This document shows, piece by piece, positions 31,076-39,495 of a stretch of DNA of 64,000 nucleotides. The first letter of the stretch is position 1, and each line of letters starts with the position of its first letter. The DNA is taken from assembly GCA_045222555.1 (NCBI GenBank), contig JBGUYY010000072.1, positions 67,347-131,346 of the forward strand. Reading direction: 5' to 3'. The notes beneath the pieces are model-generated. The model searched no databases and was not told the origin of the DNA. It saw only the letters and a program-made list of their open reading frames with translations. Source of the stretch: Bacteroidales bacterium. GTDB taxonomy: Bacteria; Bacteroidota; Bacteroidia; Bacteroidales; WCHB1-69. The position numbers and the translations under genes are program-made.

Positions 31076-33253
31076 TTACAGCTCCCACTCTCCCGCTGGC
31101 ACCGTTCGTTCCCTGTCGGTTCCTGGGAACACGGTGGCGGTAGTGCCTTCGGGAACGGTCAGTTTCAGTTTTGTGCCGTTGATTTCTATGCGGATGGTAC
31201 CGTAGCGTGTGGGCTTGGTGACGCGCACCCAATCCATTCCCGCGCATGGCTGCGGGTCAACGAAGAAGTGCTCGTAGCCGGGATGTTCGGGGTCGGGACG
31301 GAGGCCTGCCAAAGCCTGATAGAACCAGATGCCCACTCCGTTGTAGCAGTTGTGCACGCGGCTGCGCTCGCCGTCCCACGACTCCCACGTGGTGGTGGCG
31401 CCGTTGTTGATCATATACAGATAGCCGGGATAGTCGGGTTGGCGCAGCAGTGTGGCCATCAGTAGGGTCTGTCGCTCGCGGATGCACCATTCGGTGAAGA
31501 CGGGCACCCCGACCAATCCCACCGCAAAATGGGCTTTGTACTTGCCGTAGCAGTCGTCCAGCAGTTGCGCCTTTACCTGTGCGGCGGTGGCGCTGTCGGG
31601 TGGAATATTCATCAGCAGGGCGTAGCACTGGTCCAGCGGGGTGCCGTTGGCGTAGGTGTGCGTTTCGGGGTGGTAGAAATGGCGGTGGATGGCGGCATTG
31701 AGTCTGTCGCGCCATTCGGAAAATTTCTGCTCGTCATCCCTGCGTCCCCACATTTGGGCCATCTGCACCATATCGCCGAGGCACTCGCTGAGGAAGCAGC
31801 TGGTGACGTGCAGCACCGATTCGCCTTGTACGTCCACCCCTTTGGGGGCGAGCCAGTCGCCGAGGAACCATGTGTGTCGCTCGTTGTCGGGCCACGGCTG
31901 TAGGATCTCGTCCTCGCAGTGCTGTTCGATGAAGTGCAGCCACTGTTTCATTTGATTGTAGTATTTGAAAACCAAATCATCGCTGCCGTAGTTGAGGTAG
32001 GTGCGCCACGGTGCTTTCACGATGAAGCCGCTCCAGTAGGGGCCGCCGCCGGTACGGAAGGCGGGTGCCACGTACGGCAGTTCGCCGTCGGGTTCCATCG
32101 CGTCGTCCCACGCCTGAAGCCAGTTGCGGTAGGTGTCGCGCACGTCGAACATCGTCTGCAGCGTCATCGTGGAGGAGTTGCCGTCGCCGCCGTAGCCCAT
32201 GCGCTCAAGGTGCGGGCAGTCCACCATGTAGCCGCTGAGGGTCAGACACTGCAGGGTGTATTGGATGAGGTTGTGGATGGCGTTGAGGCGCGGGTCGGAG
32301 CATTCGAAGGTGGAAGCTTCGGCGGGGTCGAGGGCGCTGATGGGCAGTGTCCGTGCCGCAAGGATATCCGCCCCCGTGATGCGCACATACCGGAAGGCGT
32401 GGTAGTGGAAACGGTTGGTGAAACGCTCCTCGCCGCTGCCCCGTGCCACGTAGCAGTCGCTTTCGGTGTGGGGTGGTACGGCCTCTCGGTGGTCAAGGTA
32501 CTCCATCGTCACCTCGGTGCCTGCAGGAAGGGAGGGAAAGTCGGCTTGGAACCAGCCCGTCACCACGCGGCCGAAGTCGAGAAGCAGCGAGTGATCGTCG
32601 AGACTTTCGACAGACATAGGTGTCAGCGTGTCGAGGATGCGGTTTCCCTTGAACTTCTGCGTTGTAACTGTCATGTCCGCTGACTCGAAGCGGGTGGCGG
32701 GACGCCATTCTGGCTGCACGCGGGCATCGAACCGTTCGCCGCCGAACTGCAGCGGCTGCCAGCTGCCGGTGTAACGATAACCGCTCGGTGAAGCCTCCCA
32801 CGTGCTGTCTATGCTGAAGACAGGCCATGCCAGGGCTTTGGAAACACCATTTTCTTTTTCTGAATAGGCCCATGCCGAAACCACTGCCGGTGTGCCGTAC
32901 ACACGTCCCCAACCTTGGCCCAGCCACAGCATAATTTCATTCTCGCCTTTATGCAAGAATTGAGTAATGGAATAAGTAACCCTCAAAGCCCTCTTGTCGA
33001 GTTGTGACACTGCGGGCTGCAGCACCTGCTCGCCCATTTTTACGCCGTTTACATACACCTCATGATAACCCAAGGAAATGACTTCAATAAAAAACAACCC
33101 GCTCGTAAGATCTTTTTTTGAAAGTTTGATTGTCTTGCGCAGCATCGGGGTCTCCGCCCAGCCCTCATCTGTGCGGCAACCGTAGAACTGCTGTGCGTTG
33201 AGAGGTAGCACAGACAGCAGCAGTAACAGACAGAAAAGAGTAATGCGTTTCAT
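31076..33253 (-). CDS. GH78-like alpha-L-rhamnosidase family protein
   Basis: 725 aa with a signal peptide. LLDFGRVVTGWFQ.., FRYVRITG, FECSDPRLNAI.., VDCPHLERMGYGGDG parallel the rhamnosidase N-domain and six-hairpin motifs (cf. DCPQRDERLGWTGD). Confidence 0.6.
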   Translation of the reverse strand: MKRITLFCLLLLLSVLPLNAQQFYGCRTDEGWAETPMLRKTIKLSKKDLTSGLFFIEVISLGYHEVYVNGVKMGEQVLQPAVSQLDKRALRVTYSITQFLHKGENEIMLWLGQGWGRVYGTPAVVSAWAYSEKENGVSKALAWPVFSIDSTWEASPSGYRYTGSWQPLQFGGERFDARVQPEWRPATRFESADMTVTTQKFKGNRILDTLTPMSVESLDDHSLLLDFGRVVTGWFQADFPSLPAGTEVTMEYLDHREAVPPHTESDCYVARGSGEERFTNRFHYHAFRYVRITGADILAARTLPISALDPAEASTFECSDPRLNAIHNLIQYTLQCLTLSGYMVDCPHLERMGYGGDGNSSTMTLQTMFDVRDTYRNWLQAWDDAMEPDGELPYVAPAFRTGGGPYWSGFIVKAPWRTYLNYGSDDLVFKYYNQMKQWLHFIEQHCEDEILQPWPDNERHTWFLGDWLAPKGVDVQGESVLHVTSCFLSECLGDMVQMAQMWGRRDDEQKFSEWRDRLNAAIHRHFYHPETHTYANGTPLDQCYALLMNIPPDSATAAQVKAQLLDDCYGKYKAHFAVGLVGVPVFTEWCIRERQTLLMATLLRQPDYPGYLYMINNGATTTWESWDGERSRVHNCYNGVGIWFYQALAGLRPDPEHPGYEHFFVDPQPCAGMDWVRVTKPTRYGTIRIEINGTKLKLTVPEGTTATVFPGTDRERTVPAGEWEL

Positions 33254-33268
33254 GTTTTAATTAGAAAA

Positions 33269-34306
33269 TCATTTCTTTCGACGAAGGGCATCCGCCACTT
33301 TTTTTGCAATGGCCAGTCTTCCCGTCTGTGTATAATGCTCTGTCGGGAAGTCGCGGTCTGAGAAGTCGCAGTCGCGCACAGCTCTCAGATTGTTCACCAC
33401 CATCACCCCTTGCGGTTTATATCGATCCTTGATATACTGCACATTCTGTTCCAACAGACCAATCAAATCGGGGCCGCACAGCGTGTCGATTTGGTCAACA
33501 TTTTCTGCCAAAATATTGAACACGGGTTGCCATCCACGCCGTTTGCATAGCTTTACGATATTATCAAAATCCTTGATTCGCGGATTGTTTTCATCCAGCT
33601 GACACGCGAAATGCTTGATGTGATGACAGGCCAGGGCAATCGAGTCCTCGGAAGGATGTACACCATTATGCAGGGTGCCGTTTTGGGCAAAGGCGTGGTC
33701 CCATTCGTTGGCGTTGTGATAGGGGACCGAGTGCGGAAGTGTGAAGGTCTGTTTTTCAAAACCATCAATGATAAGAGCAGAACGCTCTTCTTCTGTCCAA
33801 ACCGGATACACTTTGAAATCCAGTAACAAACGCCTGTACAATGCCGGTGCTCTCTTCATCATGATGCGCTCTTTCCGTAAGGCTGTCTCCAAGTTTGAGT
33901 ATATCCATTCGGAGGTGAATGAGCGCATATTCACGGTCACGATAACGGTTTTCACATCATTTTTTCTGGGAATATTGCGCATGATATCGTAATACACTCC
34001 CGCATGGCAGGCTCCTTTGGTGAGATTTCCCACATGGTGCCCGGGGAGAAGGTCCTCTATCATCATGCAAATATAACGGCGGTCGGTATCGGTTTTCGCA
34101 CAATAAAAATTGGAAGATTCGCCAAGATAAACAATGTCCACGCCCTCCGTCGCACGCTGCGACAGTTCCATCAATGAACAATTTTCATCTATATCTTTTT
34201 GATATAATGTAAAATAATAAACAATATCCAACACGCCCAGCAGTAGGACGAGCATCAGCAGCTTCAGCAGGATTTTTTTGATAATATGTCGCTTTTCTTT
34301 AGTCAT
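33269..34306 (-). CDS. Membrane-anchored hypothetical protein, probable SGNH/DltD/AlgJ-like partner of the adjacent MBOAT
   Basis: 345 aa with one N-terminal TM helix. VDIVYLGESSNF resembles SGNH block I. Its start codon abuts the MBOAT stop with 0-nt spacing. Confidence 0.4.
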   Translation of the reverse strand: MTKEKRHIIKKILLKLLMLVLLLGVLDIVYYFTLYQKDIDENCSLMELSQRATEGVDIVYLGESSNFYCAKTDTDRRYICMMIEDLLPGHHVGNLTKGACHAGVYYDIMRNIPRKNDVKTVIVTVNMRSFTSEWIYSNLETALRKERIMMKRAPALYRRLLLDFKVYPVWTEEERSALIIDGFEKQTFTLPHSVPYHNANEWDHAFAQNGTLHNGVHPSEDSIALACHHIKHFACQLDENNPRIKDFDNIVKLCKRRGWQPVFNILAENVDQIDTLCGPDLIGLLEQNVQYIKDRYKPQGVMVVNNLRAVRDCDFSDRDFPTEHYTQTGRLAIAKKVADALRRKK

Positions 34307-35728
34307 TTAAAATTGGAAATAGATAAACGGATATTGTTCCACAGATGAGAGTGTGATGATGGTGAAAATCAGCACGCCATAGACGAGCCAGCGGACAGCG
34401 GTCTTCTGTCGGCCGCACCACACATCGAAGCGGCTGTTGCGAATGACGATGTCGGCCACCACAAAGAGTGCCAGGGCAATCCATGCCACGGGTGCGACCT
34501 GCAGCTGGCAGGACATCGCCCCGTTGTGTAAGAGTGCTGAGAAGAGATCTCGCAAAGTGCCAAACGATGGTGCACGGAAGACGCTCCACAACAGGGTGAC
34601 CATGACGAAGGTCTTGGCAATGTTGCAGATTTTAAGGATGAACTGTCCGGTTTTGTTTTCGATTTTGTCAAAAAGATGGATGTTGCGGAGTCCGCGTTCG
34701 ATGATCAGCAGCACGCCGTATGCAAAGCCCCAGATCATGAACGTCCAGTTAGCGCCGTGCCAGATGCCGCATACGGTAAAGACAATCAGTGTGTTAATGG
34801 CCCATCGCGGCACGGAAACACGGTTGCCGCCGAGCGGGATGTAAAGGTAGTCGCGGAACCACGACGACAACGAGATGTGCCACCGCCGCCAGAACTCTTG
34901 TACGCTTCCGGACAGATAGGGTGTGTTGAAGTTGTCAATCAGCGTGAAGCCCATCGACAGGGCACAGCCCAGCGCAATGGTGGAATAACCGAAAAAGTCA
35001 CCATAAATTTGGAACGAATAGAACAGCATTCCCAAAAGGATGTCGCCGCTGCTGTAGGCATGCGGGTCGGCATAGATTTTGTCCACATACGTCCCCAGAT
35101 TGTCCGCCACCACCATTTTCAGGAATAGTCCGAACAAGATGAGCCTCAGTCCGTTGGCCACATTGTCGTACTGAAGTTCCTTTTTCTCGTGCAACTGTCG
35201 GAGCAGGTTCTGTGGCCGTTCGATAGGACCGGTGACCAGCTGCGGATAAAACATCACGTAAAGAGAATAGTAGCCGAAGTGCCGTTCGGCCTTCTGGTTG
35301 CCGCGATAGACCTCGATGACATAGCTCAGACTCTGAAAGGTGTGAAAAGAGAGACCGATGGGAAGCGCAATGTTGAGGATCGTATTCGGATGCGACCAGC
35401 CAAAATGTTGGGCAAGGGCTACAAAATTCGCACTGCAAAAGTTCAGGTATTTGAAGATGAAAAGGACGAGACAGGTAGAGATGATACTGACCACAAGGCA
35501 GGTCTTCTTTCGCGGGATTTGGTCTTTCCATTTTTCAATAAGAATACCTGCGGAATAGTCTATTGCTATGGTTATCAGTAGGATAAGAATGTACTTGGGA
35601 ATAAACCACATATAGAAGAAACAGCTGGCAGCCAACAGAAGGAACCAGCGCCACTTATGCGGCAGAAGATAGAACAGCAGTGTGACTATCGGGAAGAAAA
35701 TCAGAAATTCTAATGAATTGAAGAGCAT
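34307..35728 (-). CDS. MBOAT-family membrane O-acyltransferase (AlgI/DltB-like)
   Basis: 473 aa, polytopic. MLFNSLEFLIFFPIV.., FWRRWHISLSSWFRDYLYIPLGGNR.. are canonical MBOAT His-containing motifs. Confidence 0.9.
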   Translation of the reverse strand: MLFNSLEFLIFFPIVTLLFYLLPHKWRWFLLLAASCFFYMWFIPKYILILLITIAIDYSAGILIEKWKDQIPRKKTCLVVSIISTCLVLFIFKYLNFCSANFVALAQHFGWSHPNTILNIALPIGLSFHTFQSLSYVIEVYRGNQKAERHFGYYSLYVMFYPQLVTGPIERPQNLLRQLHEKKELQYDNVANGLRLILFGLFLKMVVADNLGTYVDKIYADPHAYSSGDILLGMLFYSFQIYGDFFGYSTIALGCALSMGFTLIDNFNTPYLSGSVQEFWRRWHISLSSWFRDYLYIPLGGNRVSVPRWAINTLIVFTVCGIWHGANWTFMIWGFAYGVLLIIERGLRNIHLFDKIENKTGQFILKICNIAKTFVMVTLLWSVFRAPSFGTLRDLFSALLHNGAMSCQLQVAPVAWIALALFVVADIVIRNSRFDVWCGRQKTAVRWLVYGVLIFTIITLSSVEQYPFIYFQF

Positions 35729-35751
35729 TCAGAAAGTGAGAATTTAGAGCG

Positions 35752-35759
35752 CAAAAGTA
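35752..35759 (-). promoter_or_regulatory. -7 box (reverse complement TACTTTTG) for the MBOAT operon
   Basis: Plus strand CAAAAGTA, 24 nt upstream of ATG 35728. Divergent from the GH89 promoter 12 nt away. Confidence 0.5.
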
Positions 35760-35770
35760 CAAAAAAATCG

Positions 35771-35778
35771 TAACTTTG
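35771..35778 (+). promoter_or_regulatory. -7 box TAACTTTG upstream of the GH89 gene
   Basis: TAnnTTTG match 29 nt before ATG 35807. Confidence 0.5.
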
Positions 35779-35806
35779 CAACCGCAATTTACCAAACCGA
35801 AATACC

Positions 35807-38131
35807 ATGACCAAACGGATTCTTTCCCTTCTTTTCTTATGTGTGTTTTTTGTTGTGGGCGCGATGTCGTCCATTTTTGCACAGAAAAGTGCGCAATGCG
35901 AACTGATGTCGTATGGCATGAGTTACAATGACGCCAGTGATTCGTTGGGGATGAGTGAAAGGGAGTGTGCTGAGTGTTCAGTGAAGAAGTTGGCATACAG
36001 AATTTTACAAGAGAAGGCTTATAATTTCCTCTTTGTCTGCAAACCCCAGCAGGAGGATTATTTCGTCATTGAGGAGGATCCGCAGTCTGCGGGCATCATC
36101 CGCATCACGGGCAACAACGCCAACTCGATCGCCACGGGGCTGAACTACTACCTGAAACATATCGCCGGCGTGCATGTGTCGTGGCTGCTGTGCGAGCCTG
36201 TGGAAACGCCCGTGACCTTTCCTGTGCCCGCCCATCCCATCCGCAAGGAGGCCCTCGTGAAAGACCGTTTCTTCTTGAACTACTGCACCTACGGCTATAC
36301 CATGCCGTGGTGGAAATGGGAGCAGTGGGAGCGGTTCATCGACTGGATGGCGCTGAACGGCATCACCATGCCGCTGGCCATCACGGGGCAGGAGGCCGTA
36401 TGGTACGAGGTGTGGAAGGAGTTCGGCATGACCGACGAGGAGATTCGCAGCTATTTCTCGGGACCGGCGCACCTGCCATGGCACCGCATGGCCAACCTCG
36501 ACGGTTTCGGCGGACCGCTGCCGATGTCGTGGCTGGAGGGACAGAAGGAGTTGCAGAAGCAGATTGTGGCCCGCGAGCGCGAGTTCAACATGACGCCGGT
36601 ACTGCCCGCCTTCGCCGGTCACGTGCCCAAACGGTTCGCCGAGATGCACCCCGATGTCGACATCCAGCAGCTGAGCGCGTGGTGCGGCTTCGAACCCACC
36701 TACTTCCTCAACTCCTCCGACCCGCTGTTTGCCCAAATCCAGAAGTCGTTTTTGGAGAAACAGACCGCCCTTTTCGGCACCGACCATATCTATGGCGTGG
36801 ACCCCTTCAACGAGATGGACCCGCCCAGCTGGGAGCCCGACTACCTCGCCAATGTGGCCCGCAACATCTACGGCTCGCTGCAGCAATGCGACCCCGCCGC
36901 CCGCTGGCTACAGATGACCTGGGTGTTCTACTACAAACGCCAATCATGGACACCGGAGCGATTGCGCGCCTACCTCACCGCCGTGCCACAGGACCAGCTC
37001 GTGCTACTCGACTACTTCTGCGAGAAGACGGAGGTGTGGCGCACCACCGAGGGCTTCTACGGACAGCCGTTCATCTGGTGCTACCTCGGCAACTTCGGCG
37101 GCAATACCATGCTGGTGGGCAACCTCAACGAGTTGGAGAAGAAGCTCGCCGCCGCCTTAGAGGAGGCGGGGCCGAACATGACCGGCATCGGCTCCACGTT
37201 GGAATCCTTCGACGTGAGTCCGCAGATTTACGAGTACCTCTTCGACCGTGCGTGGGAGAAGCAACCCGATGTGCATGAATGGGTTGCAGACTGGAGCTAC
37301 CTGCGTTCCGGCAACCACGACCATCCCGAAACATGGCAGTTGCTGAACGACAGCATCTATAAGGACTGGTCGTTTTACGGTCTCGGCACGCAGTTGGTGG
37401 CGCGGCCGTCGTTGGAAGGGCATGGCACCTACTACACCAAGCCGTATTATTCGTACAGCAACGATACACTGAAGCATATTTGCAAGAAATTACTACGAGA
37501 TTATCCCTATCTCGTCGCTCCTTTTGAGATATTTGATGGGACAGATGCCTACCGTTACGACCTCGTCAACCTTTTCTCGCAGTGGATGGGCAACCATTTC
37601 ATGGACATTCGCAACGATTTTACGGTGGCGTATAAGAACCGCAATATCAAGGAGATGAAGCGGCAGGTGAAGCTCGCCAACCAGTTGTTTGAGGATGTGG
37701 ACGCCTTACTCAACACGCATCCGGCCTTCATGTTGGGGCCGTGGATTGAGGCGGCACGTGCGTGGGGTGTGACGGAAGAGGAGAAAGACTACTACGAGCG
37801 GCAGGCGCGCACGTTGCTCACCATCTGGGGCGGACCGATTCTGAACGATTACGCCAACCGGATGTGGGGCGGCTTGGTGAAGGACTATTACGCCCATCGG
37901 TGGAACCTCTTCTTCGAGGCGGTCATTCAGGCGGTGAAAGAGGGCAAGGAGTTCGATGAAAAGACGTTTGGGGAAGAGCTCTCCAAGTTTGAGCGGGCCT
38001 GGACGGAGCGTCACACGAAGTATCCGGTGGAGCCGCAGGAGGCGGAAGGCAAAATAGACAAAAGCATCCCCCAATGGCACCCGACCTATCGGGCAGCCAG
38101 AATGATTTACGAGCGGTGGATGAGGGAGTAG
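35807..38131 (+). CDS. GH89 alpha-N-acetylglucosaminidase (NAGLU-like)
   Basis: 774 aa. ..YCTYGYTMPWWKWEQWERFIDWMALNGITMPLAITGQEAVW..YFSGPAHLPWHRMANL.. are NAGLU TIM-barrel signatures. Confidence 0.85.
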   Translation: MTKRILSLLFLCVFFVVGAMSSIFAQKSAQCELMSYGMSYNDASDSLGMSERECAECSVKKLAYRILQEKAYNFLFVCKPQQEDYFVIEEDPQSAGIIRITGNNANSIATGLNYYLKHIAGVHVSWLLCEPVETPVTFPVPAHPIRKEALVKDRFFLNYCTYGYTMPWWKWEQWERFIDWMALNGITMPLAITGQEAVWYEVWKEFGMTDEEIRSYFSGPAHLPWHRMANLDGFGGPLPMSWLEGQKELQKQIVAREREFNMTPVLPAFAGHVPKRFAEMHPDVDIQQLSAWCGFEPTYFLNSSDPLFAQIQKSFLEKQTALFGTDHIYGVDPFNEMDPPSWEPDYLANVARNIYGSLQQCDPAARWLQMTWVFYYKRQSWTPERLRAYLTAVPQDQLVLLDYFCEKTEVWRTTEGFYGQPFIWCYLGNFGGNTMLVGNLNELEKKLAAALEEAGPNMTGIGSTLESFDVSPQIYEYLFDRAWEKQPDVHEWVADWSYLRSGNHDHPETWQLLNDSIYKDWSFYGLGTQLVARPSLEGHGTYYTKPYYSYSNDTLKHICKKLLRDYPYLVAPFEIFDGTDAYRYDLVNLFSQWMGNHFMDIRNDFTVAYKNRNIKEMKRQVKLANQLFEDVDALLNTHPAFMLGPWIEAARAWGVTEEEKDYYERQARTLLTIWGGPILNDYANRMWGGLVKDYYAHRWNLFFEAVIQAVKEGKEFDEKTFGEELSKFERAWTERHTKYPVEPQEAEGKIDKSIPQWHPTYRAARMIYERWMRE

Positions 38132-38288
38132 GGACGCACGGCGTGCGGCCGGAATGGGGAAGCATCGCACCGTGCCCTAAAAGGGCGCAATTGGTTTGAT
38201 TTTCTTTCATGGTGCAAAAGTATAATTGATATTTTATAAAATATTATAAAAATTCAATGTTAACATCGTTTAATTTAAGAAAATATTG

Positions 38289-38296
38289 TATTTTTG
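38289..38296 (+). promoter_or_regulatory. -7 box TATTTTTG upstream of a 34-codon ORF and the Bro-N gene
   Basis: TAnnTTTG match 42 nt before ATG 38338. Confidence 0.45.
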
Positions 38297-38494
38297 CAGC
38301 CAAAATTTTCGCATTGATGAGATTTTTTTAATTAATTATGAAAATGAGCGATATTTTTACCCTATCGGAGAATTTTAAGCAGGAGTATTCTGCCACAATT
38401 GTTAAAGTTGGTGAACTGAAGGAGATTGAAGAAAACGCATGAATCTGCCGAAATTTTTTTGTAAACTTGCATCACTAAAATAAAGAACAACACC

Positions 38495-39253
38495 ATGAGC
38501 AACGAGTCTATCATTCAAGTATTTGAGGGTACCAATGTCCGCATCGTCTGGAACGAGGAAGAACAGGAATACTATTTCTCGATAGCGGATATTGTGCAAG
38601 TTTTGACAGATAGCACAGATGTCAAGCAATATATCAAGCGCATGCGCGCCCGGGACGCAGAGTTGAATTTGAGGTGGGGTACAATTTGTACCCCTACTCG
38701 AATGAAGGCTGCTGATGGGAAATACTATCAGACCCAAGCCGCCACGTTGGAGGGCGTTTTCCGTGTCATACAATCCGTTCCCTCCAAAAAGGCTGAGCCT
38801 TTGAAACAATGGCTCGCCGAAGTTGGCAAACAACGCATCGACCAGATGATTGACCCTGAGTTGACTTTCCAGATGGCCGTTGAGGACTACAGACGACAAG
38901 GTTATTCCGACAAATGGATTGAAAACCGCATGAAATCCATTCGTACGCGCAACGAACTTACCAACGAATGGAAACGCTCGGGCGTGAACGAACAAAAAGA
39001 CTTTGCCAAACTGACCGACATCCTCACCAAGGCATGGAGCGGCATGACTACTGGGCAATACAAGACTTACAAAGGCCTAACAAAAGAAAGTCTTCGCGAC
39101 AACATGACCACCTTGGAATTGGCTTTGAACACGCTTGCTGAGGCGGCCACCACCGAGATTTCCCGCCACTGCAATCCCCAAACGATGGCCGAGAATAAAC
39201 AAGTGGCACAAAGTGGTGGCAACGCAGCCAAACTCGCCCGAGAGGACATCTAA
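38495..39253 (+). CDS. Bro-N domain protein (phage antirepressor-like), ending at an in-frame TAA with coding-like continuation
   Basis: IQVFEGTNVRIVWNEEEQEYYFSIADIVQVLTDS..ATLEGVFRVIQSVPSKKAEPLKQWLAEVG fits the Bro-N fold. The same frame stays open for 30 more codons after TAA 39251-39253. Confidence 0.75.
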   Translation: MSNESIIQVFEGTNVRIVWNEEEQEYYFSIADIVQVLTDSTDVKQYIKRMRARDAELNLRWGTICTPTRMKAADGKYYQTQAATLEGVFRVIQSVPSKKAEPLKQWLAEVGKQRIDQMIDPELTFQMAVEDYRRQGYSDKWIENRMKSIRTRNELTNEWKRSGVNEQKDFAKLTDILTKAWSGMTTGQYKTYKGLTKESLRDNMTTLELALNTLAEAATTEISRHCNPQTMAENKQVAQSGGNAAKLAREDI

Positions 39254-39495
39254 AGAAAAATTGGACACAGTGTCGTCTCTTCCGAAAAGGCTTCCGATCA
39301 CCTCCTCCCTGCCGAGGATGTCGAAGTGAAGGAAATAGAGGAGTAAACTATACTGAAGGTTTTATCAATGAGGTTATTTTCAGCAGTCGCGGCAGGGATT
39401 GGAGCGAGCACGAGCGAAGCGAGTAAAGCGCAAAGCCCGACGGCGACCGCAGGGAGCCGGGCCGCCCAAATAATCATCGATCAAGGATTTACCCT

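Noticed and set aside
36181-37278. 365-aa plus-strand alternative-frame ORF and a 293-aa antisense ORF within GH89
   Set aside because: Both are low-complexity (Arg/Ala/Gly/Pro). The GH89 frame has strong family motifs across the same span.
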